From: a virus
Virus record (IMG/VR): IMGVR_UViG_3300042549_005585
Location: 15,815 to 79,814 of that record
Strand: one strand, 5' to 3'
DNA length: 64,000 nt
The position numbers were made by a program, and so were the translations under genes. Under the pieces are notes generated by a model, which was not told the origin of the DNA, made no database searches, and saw only the letters and a program-made list of their open reading frames with translations. Positions 58,005 to 64,000 of the stretch are shown piece by piece (the first letter of the stretch is position 1; each line of letters opens with the position of its first letter).

Positions 58005-59684
58005 TTAACTATAAAACCTTATACTTCCTTTAGCTGTTCCTGTTCCATCTAATAGATCACTTACTTTTAAAATAGTATCTACAGATGCTACTTTACTATT
58101 AGCAGGATCATTTAATAATACTTCACCTTTAGCATTTAATCCCTTTACAACAATAAAGTGTGTTCCGTTTTGTCCTTTACTACCTATACTCTTTTTACAA
58201 AGTATGAATGGTTTTCCTGTTGATTTAATAAAGTCAACTATTTGTTTATATCCAGCACTTCCACCAGATATTGGCTTAGTGTTTATACTTCTTTTAGCTT
58301 CTTTAGTAAATAAACGAGATGAATCTAATAAACCATCCTTATTATAATTTTGTAAAATATAATTTTGTGATATACTAATCTTTAAATATTTTAATATCAT
58401 AGTACAACTAGCTATAAAGCAAGCGGTGCTATTAATTTGTTTTTCTCTAGGTACATCATAATAATAAACTCCATCCTTAGCTAAATTATTTTCAGATTCA
58501 CCACTAGAACTATAGTCAGGAGCATCAATTGCTTTTTGTTCTTCTTTATCTAATTCAGCGTACTGAAAATCAGATTGGAATTCTTCAATTTCACTAGGTA
58601 ATAAATCTTCCTCACCAATTGGATTATTCTTAGAACCTGCCTCTAAACCAGTTGGAGATACTGTCACTGATCCTGTTGGTAAAGCACTTATACTAGGATT
58701 AACACTAGATGCTGGGTTAGAAGGAGTAGCACTACCTGATGTAGTTGTAGGAGTTTGGAATACTTTATCTGACAGTTGAGCAGCGCTAAGAGAACTATTA
58801 TCAGACTCATTAAGAGGAATTTCAGCTCCAATAGGCGAATCTGTCAATTGTAATGTAGACTGTATAGGTGTTTGTAATTGAGCCCCAAATGAATTTAAGT
58901 TGGTAGAAGATAATTGTATATTAATTTCTTGACCACTACATAAATAAATTGATGAACCATCTGAATTTATATCTTCAAGAATAGGGACCCATCCTTCACC
59001 TACTAATGCTTTGTTTTGACCATTTCTAATTATAGTAATAGGTTCGCCTTCTCTACTTTCAGTATTAGCACTCCAAAAGTTAGGTATACTTTTATTTTTT
59101 GATGTACTACCAAATCTAATTGACTGACCAAATCTACCTTGCATTATAACATCACCCTCATAGGATACAATGTTTCTAATATTAGCTCTTTCTTTAAAAG
59201 TACTTCCTAATCTTAAATCTGAACTATTGTCTCTAATTTTTCTAATAGATCCTTCAGCTACAGTTAAATAATCTTTTCTAATAGCGTCTGGTAGATTAGA
59301 GGCATTTCTAAGATCAGGGAATCCATTATGGTGGGCACTGTTCCAAAAGTTAAAAATATTTAAATAAAAATAATCTTTAGCATTTGGATCATTAGTTAAT
59401 TTAGTTGATGGACCTTGAATTACTAGTACAATTTCCTCTAATAAAGGAAACTGAGTATGGTTAGAAGAAATAGGTTTAGCAAAGGGTAAAGATACAGTTT
59501 TGCTAGGATCAGCTGTTTGATAAACAGGAGAGAATTTAATAAAACCTAAACTAGCCCAACCACCATACTTCTTAAACTCAGGATGTTTATCATCCATAAT
59601 GATATCCTTAACACGTCCAATTAAGAGAGGACTAGTTATATTACCAACTCCAGTAGGTTTATCTAGAATATCAAAAAGAGGCAT
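58005..59684 (-). CDS. gp5-like baseplate hub with C-terminal C39-like cysteine peptidase
   Basis: OB-fold-like N-terminus, QGRFGQSIRFGS; Q...ACFIAS..M, THFIVV.G, NDP catalytic motifs. Confidence 0.65.
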   Translation of the reverse strand: MPLFDILDKPTGVGNITSPLLIGRVKDIIMDDKHPEFKKYGGWASLGFIKFSPVYQTADPSKTVSLPFAKPISSNHTQFPLLEEIVLVIQGPSTKLTNDPNAKDYFYLNIFNFWNSAHHNGFPDLRNASNLPDAIRKDYLTVAEGSIRKIRDNSSDLRLGSTFKERANIRNIVSYEGDVIMQGRFGQSIRFGSTSKNKSIPNFWSANTESREGEPITIIRNGQNKALVGEGWVPILEDINSDGSSIYLCSGQEINIQLSSTNLNSFGAQLQTPIQSTLQLTDSPIGAEIPLNESDNSSLSAAQLSDKVFQTPTTTSGSATPSNPASSVNPSISALPTGSVTVSPTGLEAGSKNNPIGEEDLLPSEIEEFQSDFQYAELDKEEQKAIDAPDYSSSGESENNLAKDGVYYYDVPREKQINSTACFIASCTMILKYLKISISQNYILQNYNKDGLLDSSRLFTKEAKRSINTKPISGGSAGYKQIVDFIKSTGKPFILCKKSIGSKGQNGTHFIVVKGLNAKGEVLLNDPANSKVASVDTILKVSDLLDGTGTAKGSIRFYS

Positions 59685-60049
59685 TAGTTAAGTTGTTTTA
59701 CAGGTTCTATTTGTTTAACTGGCTCTATTTGGATTTTACTTATTTCTTCAAATAGTAATTCTTTGTCTCTGTCAGACAATAATCCTTCTTCATTTGTGTT
59801 ATTATTAGTCATAGCGCGTTGAACAATACCTGCCATTTTAATCAAGGCATCATCATTCTTAACGGATATTTCCAAGTATTCTTTTAATAACGGAACAATC
59901 ATAACAGCATCACCCGGTTCATTAATGAACTCTTTAAGTTGCGCTATCATCGCGGATAGTTGTTTTTCTTTGTTCTTTGAGTTGGTATAAATGTCCTCAA
60001 GTAACGTAGAGAACGTTTTTTTACCGAATATAACTTTATCAAAATCCAT
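59684..60049 (-). CDS. Helical hypothetical protein
   Basis: Own late-promoter motif at 60065-60073. Confidence 0.55.
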   Translation of the reverse strand: MDFDKVIFGKKTFSTLLEDIYTNSKNKEKQLSAMIAQLKEFINEPGDAVMIVPLLKEYLEISVKNDDALIKMAGIVQRAMTNNNTNEEGLLSDRDKELLFEEISKIQIEPVKQIEPVKQLN

Positions 60050-60093
60050 GTATTACATATTTGATATAAATATAAAGCTATAGAAATTTTCGG

Positions 60094-60855
60094 TTAATAC
60101 TTAACGTACCCATGAGTATGGTACTCATTATATATACTCTTGTAGTGAGTCTTTAATTTCTTGATAATTTTTGTTACTTGTGGTGTAGACGCGTCAGTTA
60201 TTTCACGAATGTATATATAAAGCGCCTTCTTATTGAATATATCAATGTTCTCACGTTTACGAAATAATTCCATAATAGCATCAGCAATCTTAGCATCATT
60301 TTCCTTAGGGAAGAACGAGTATAAATTTTTGTCGATATAGCCGACATAAGCGTCCATAAAATTGAGTTCCTCGTCAGGTAAACGAAAGTTGTCAGTATTA
60401 TTGATAATGTCGGTAACTATGGTTTTATCGTTGTCTATTTCATCAATACCTGCTCTATTCTTTAGCTTCTTATAATTGGCATTGTTATATAAAATAAGGT
60501 AACGTTTAGCAATGGTTCCAAAGTATGAGAACGCTTTACCTTTGTCTGGTTTATATAAGTGTAGTTTTTCAAGTAAGAAATAAACAACTTCATGCTGTAG
60601 CTCAGGAATAGTATCTACTTCAGTATAATAGAACTTGAATGTATGAATAATATTCTCTGTTAATTTATGAAAAGCATAGTTAATACGTTCATTAAAGATC
60701 TTATTACGTTCAACCATATCAGTAGCTTTAACATACTCAATAATAGCGTCTTCAGTATCTTGTGTGAAATAAACGTTTGCTGTCTTAGGTTTACGCCTGC
60801 GTATAGTTCCTTTCTTAGTAAGTTGGACTTCCTTATCATCAATTAATACACTCAT
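60094..60855 (-). CDS. Late-transcription sigma factor, T4 gp55-like
   Basis: Sigma region-2-like Y.PDKGKAFSYFGTIAKRYL. Confidence 0.65.
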   Translation of the reverse strand: MSVLIDDKEVQLTKKGTIRRRKPKTANVYFTQDTEDAIIEYVKATDMVERNKIFNERINYAFHKLTENIIHTFKFYYTEVDTIPELQHEVVYFLLEKLHLYKPDKGKAFSYFGTIAKRYLILYNNANYKKLKNRAGIDEIDNDKTIVTDIINNTDNFRLPDEELNFMDAYVGYIDKNLYSFFPKENDAKIADAIMELFRKRENIDIFNKKALYIYIREITDASTPQVTKIIKKLKTHYKSIYNEYHTHGYVKY

Positions 60856-60859
60856 ATTA

Positions 60860-61132
60860 TTACTTAGGTCTAAATTCGTTTAATGTTTGTTGAATGCCTT
60901 TAACTGTTTTAAAGAAGAAACCAACTTCATCATCAGATGAGAAGGTCCCTCGTTGATCAATTTCAACAATTAAACGATCTGATTCAGCAATAACAGAATA
61001 TATATCTTGTAATTTTTCTGCTTGTTGACGAATAATGTCTTCCTGACGTTCCATCTTTTTAATAGCATTGAAGGCAATAAAACCAATAATGGTTAATACC
61101 CATACTACAATTGATATAATACTTAGTATCAT
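60860..61132 (-). CDS. Small membrane-anchored protein
   Basis: N-terminal TM helix; SDDEVGFFF. Confidence 0.6.
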   Translation of the reverse strand: MILSIISIVVWVLTIIGFIAFNAIKKMERQEDIIRQQAEKLQDIYSVIAESDRLIVEIDQRGTFSSDDEVGFFFKTVKGIQQTLNEFRPK

Positions 61133-61902
61133 AAGTTTTTAATTAAATCCGCTAGACCTGGGTTTGACTTACCTAAGCTACTTAGCGCCTTCTGTTTAGC
61201 GGCTGGGTATTTAGGAGTGGTTGTAGGTTTAGGGGTTGGTTTAGTATTGTTATTGTTTAATAATTTAGGTAACCATTCACGTTCAAATTCAACTCGAGCA
61301 GCTAATAAGTCGGCCTGATGTAGAATAAAAATGATTGAAGTACGAGGTTTAGTTTCTGGCATGAAAGATAATAGGTAAGGCTTGTTAGCATCATCATACA
61401 ATCCATCATGTAACTTAATAGCTAGCAACTCATTCTTTGTCACTGATATGCCAGCTTCATTTAGTAACCACAAACCACGATCAGGAACAGACATATATTC
61501 TAGTCTATCGTTGAACATATATGTTTCATTCAGTTTATCTCGTCTCCATTGGTCAGTTTGTTCAATGTACGACGCCTGTTCAGGAGTACCAAATTTACCT
61601 AGATCATGATTGATAGCAGCGAAAACTAGTTCCTCAGTAGTGTAAGTATCAAATACACCTAACTCACGCCATACAGCGTCTATCTTCAAAGCAGCAGTAA
61701 CAACACGATTAACATGATCTACATACCCACCAGGAAAACAGTTATGATATTGTGCCTTATTAGAGGCAGGCATCATAACAAAACGTTCCTCATGTTGAAG
61801 GTAGAAATCAAGTAACTTATCTGCTCGCTCAGGAGAGATATAGTTCCTAATGTTCCAAATAAAGATATTCCAATTCGATTGGATTTGTTCAGGTGTAAGC
61901 AT
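61129..61902 (-). CDS. HD-domain phosphohydrolase
   Basis: PAS...H..PGG..DH, HDLGK, HDG, QAD. Confidence 0.85.
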   Translation of the reverse strand: MLTPEQIQSNWNIFIWNIRNYISPERADKLLDFYLQHEERFVMMPASNKAQYHNCFPGGYVDHVNRVVTAALKIDAVWRELGVFDTYTTEELVFAAINHDLGKFGTPEQASYIEQTDQWRRDKLNETYMFNDRLEYMSVPDRGLWLLNEAGISVTKNELLAIKLHDGLYDDANKPYLLSFMPETKPRTSIIFILHQADLLAARVEFEREWLPKLLNNNNTKPTPKPTTTPKYPAAKQKALSSLGKSNPGLADLIKNL

Positions 61903-61905
61903 AAC

Positions 61906-62205
61906 TTATTTATTTTGTAAGATCTTCAATAGTATCTCAAGTGCGTCTTGTACCTTATTGAATACATGAACGCGTTTAGAAGTACCATAGTACTCCTCCG
62001 AAGGTGTGATGTAATGTATAGTATCGTTCAAATGGACCTCTAAAAGGGGATAGGCTGCTTCACCTGTTAAACTTGCAATCCTTCTATCATCTTTCTCATC
62101 TGCTTCCTTGTACTCATACTCAATTTCCATTTTCTGCAAAGCCCCTTTTAACCATTGACAATATATACAATCTTTCAATCCATATAACACTAATCTTAAT
62201 TTCAT
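61906..62205 (-). CDS. Glutaredoxin-like protein
   Basis: CIYC active site, YP cis-Pro motif. Confidence 0.75.
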   Translation of the reverse strand: MKLRLVLYGLKDCIYCQWLKGALQKMEIEYEYKEADEKDDRRIASLTGEAAYPLLEVHLNDTIHYITPSEEYYGTSKRVHVFNKVQDALEILLKILQNK

Positions 62206-62234
62206 ATTGCGAGTTTGAAGTTACGGTTTCTTTC

Positions 62235-62555
62235 TTACGAAGCCAAATTTTTCTTTAAAATTTCGATATAACCTTTAACTTCCATTAATTTCTCGGGTTT
62301 ATTGAATTGAGTGAGCATAGGAATGTATTGGTCCTCAAACATGCGAATCATTTCTTCCTTTTGATCTTTAGTCATAGTTTTCAAAACAGCGTACTCTGCT
62401 TGTTCATCTTGTTTAAATAACTCACCAAATACTTCGGTTGTGTTGAATATCATGTCTACGATTGGACTAAGGTCGACAGTGATTTTTTTCTCGATAGCGG
62501 ATATTTCTTTTTCTAGTTTTTGAATATCTCGCAAATTAGCGTCTAAACTTTTCAT
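62235..62555 (-). CDS. Hypothetical protein
   Basis: ORF with an upstream conserved motif. Confidence 0.55.
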   Translation of the reverse strand: MKSLDANLRDIQKLEKEISAIEKKITVDLSPIVDMIFNTTEVFGELFKQDEQAEYAVLKTMTKDQKEEMIRMFEDQYIPMLTQFNKPEKLMEVKGYIEILKKNLAS

Positions 62556-62598
62556 TTATTATCATTTATATATGTATATACGCGCCCCGCGCAATTTC

Positions 62599-62847
62599 TT
62601 ATAACTTCTTCTTTTTTCGTGGCTTTATACCCTTAGCACGAGGGGTTGAGATGGAATCCCATATTAAATTCTTTTGGGACCATCTCTTTAAACCTATTAA
62701 TTGAGATTCAGTTTGGATTGGTTTTGCTTCCGCAATATCATACGTCCAAACAAATTCTCCAAACATCATACCGGCGAAGAACATTCCGTCTTCATCCATA
62801 ACTATATAGTCATTCTTGTCGACTAAATCGGCTACCTTTACAAACAT
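62599..62847 (-). CDS. Hypothetical protein
   Basis: ORF in strand context. Confidence 0.5.
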   Translation of the reverse strand: MFVKVADLVDKNDYIVMDEDGMFFAGMMFGEFVWTYDIAEAKPIQTESQLIGLKRWSQKNLIWDSISTPRAKGIKPRKKKKL

Positions 62848-62889
62848 AATAAAATATATTATAAGATGAAGGTAACGAAAAAATCCGGG

Positions 62890-63447
62890 TTATACGGCGG
62901 AATTATCGCCAGATTCTACGTCGTCGGTGGATGCTTTGTTAATTTCCTCCATAATATCAGCTGGGATATTAACAATAAACCGTTGTCCTAGTTCTTCTAC
63001 CACAGATTGCGCGGTAAGTGAGTCGATTTGGAACATTTCTCTGTTGGATGCAACACGGAATTGTTCGAGCTTTTGGTGGATTTCCTCCTCTAAATAACGG
63101 GCTCCTACGCACTTGAATGAGAAAACTGGGAACCATGGTGTGGGAACTCCCGTAGATTGGTTAATTTCCTTGGTTCTTTTGGGAACAGACGTAGTTGTAA
63201 ACCCAATTTTACACATTCCCGGTATGGATCTGTTGACTAAAACGTAAATCCATTCGGGCTTACGTATAGATCCCGACGCATCAAAAATTGCTTCGCTGTA
63301 GTAATTCACATCTTCCCAACCTTCCCAACCCTTCTCTGTGCAAGGTGTGAGAAGATACGCATGTGCGTTACGACAAACGTATATAGGATCGTATCTATCT
63401 GACAATTTGACGTGAAATTGTGCTTCTTCGCGTGTTAGTTGTTTCAT
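62890..63447 (-). CDS. T5orf172-family (GIY-YIG superfamily) protein
   Basis: WIYVL.N...KIGFT...R..E...TGVP, E..IH..L...R...REMF. Confidence 0.8.
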   Translation of the reverse strand: MKQLTREEAQFHVKLSDRYDPIYVCRNAHAYLLTPCTEKGWEGWEDVNYYSEAIFDASGSIRKPEWIYVLVNRSIPGMCKIGFTTTSVPKRTKEINQSTGVPTPWFPVFSFKCVGARYLEEEIHQKLEQFRVASNREMFQIDSLTAQSVVEELGQRFIVNIPADIMEEINKASTDDVESGDNSAV

Positions 63448-63710
63448 TTGTCAATATATTTGTGTAACTTATTTCTATATTTGTCGATTTGTAACTGGCA
63501 ATACCATTTTCCCATCCAACTACTTGCATTCTTGTACCTATCTTGCCATTCTTCGATTTTAGCGTGGATAGGTTTGTTGAATTTTTCTAAAATATCGATA
63601 TCATAGTAGCTATGGTCCTCATTTAGTTCCTCTTGTGTTGGGACGGGACGGGGCCTATCAAAATATTCTTGTTTTAACTCTTTTTTTCGTTGTTTGCTTG
63701 GTTTATCCAT
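63444..63710 (-). CDS. Hypothetical protein
   Basis: ORF overlapping the next start. Confidence 0.55.
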   Translation of the reverse strand: MDKPSKQRKKELKQEYFDRPRPVPTQEELNEDHSYYDIDILEKFNKPIHAKIEEWQDRYKNASSWMGKWYCQLQIDKYRNKLHKYIDK

Positions 63711-64000
63711 AACATTGGTTGTTTATAATATATAAGTATATACGCGTCGATGCGAAAATCCGTATTCGATCTAAAAATACATGGAAGGGTGGCCACCACT
63801 AACGGTCCTCTATATGGACATCAACGCGGCGTGGGGTCGACATGACCCCGATCGCGATTCGATATCGATACGTGGTTTATTCGTCCCCGTCTAGGTCATC
63901 CAATCCTCTATCGTACACGCCGTTTTCTATGTTGGCTATTAATTCATCCAATTCATCGATCGTTTTTTCGAATGATGACCCAACTGTGTCGTACGCGTCG

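Noticed and set aside
59684-60049. Terminase small subunit
   Set aside because: Size and helicity fit, but there is no diagnostic motif and it is far from the large subunit gene
14292-60842. Short alternative-frame minus-strand ORFs (14292, 29373, 35312, 36352, 50323, 60660)
   Set aside because: Nested out of frame within larger genes, with no motif support
478-62258. All plus-strand ORFs in the track
   Set aside because: Each is an antisense shadow of a well-supported minus-strand gene, often low-complexity (e.g. poly-Ser opposite Glu-rich regions)
1-64000. Stop-codon reassignment
   Set aside because: Core genes are intact and densely packed under the standard code; TAA, TAG and TGA all terminate genes

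Overview
A 64 kb, AT-rich (roughly 30% GC by eye) segment of a large T4-like myovirus, with essentially all genes on the minus strand. The host is probably Bacteroidota, judging from TTGGC-N18-TAnnTTnn promoters and A-rich starts without Shine-Dalgarno sequences. From right to left it holds early/DNA-metabolism genes (T5orf172 nuclease, glutaredoxin, HD hydrolase, gp55-like late sigma factor), a baseplate module (gp5-like hub with a C39 peptidase domain, gp25, gp6, large wedge proteins), primase and exonuclease, and a ~25 kb accessory region that includes a GH19 endolysin, denV and an FAD oxidoreductase. It ends with the head/neck module (terminase, portal, prohead protease, scaffold, gp23 capsid, PhoH, gp13/14/15-like genes, fibre genes). 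The most striking feature is a candidate capsid-cargo system. A late operon (23.2-30.3 kb) encodes mostly unrelated ~100-aa acidic modules. Most begin with a 10-residue MIKLxD/E-I/L-L-x-E leader, resembling the T4 capsid-targeting sequence, followed by YKINKP. An 813-aa polyprotein strings six such modules together through repeated E|YKINKP junctions that match prohead-protease specificity. Related N- and C-terminal targeting motifs occur on many other genes. Also seen: an inverted T4-type late promoter (ATATTTAT), several structured RNA candidates, small unannotated ORFs and a pervasive [ST]-[GAS]-S motif in outer virion proteins. All functional assignments come from motif recognition; no database searches were run.
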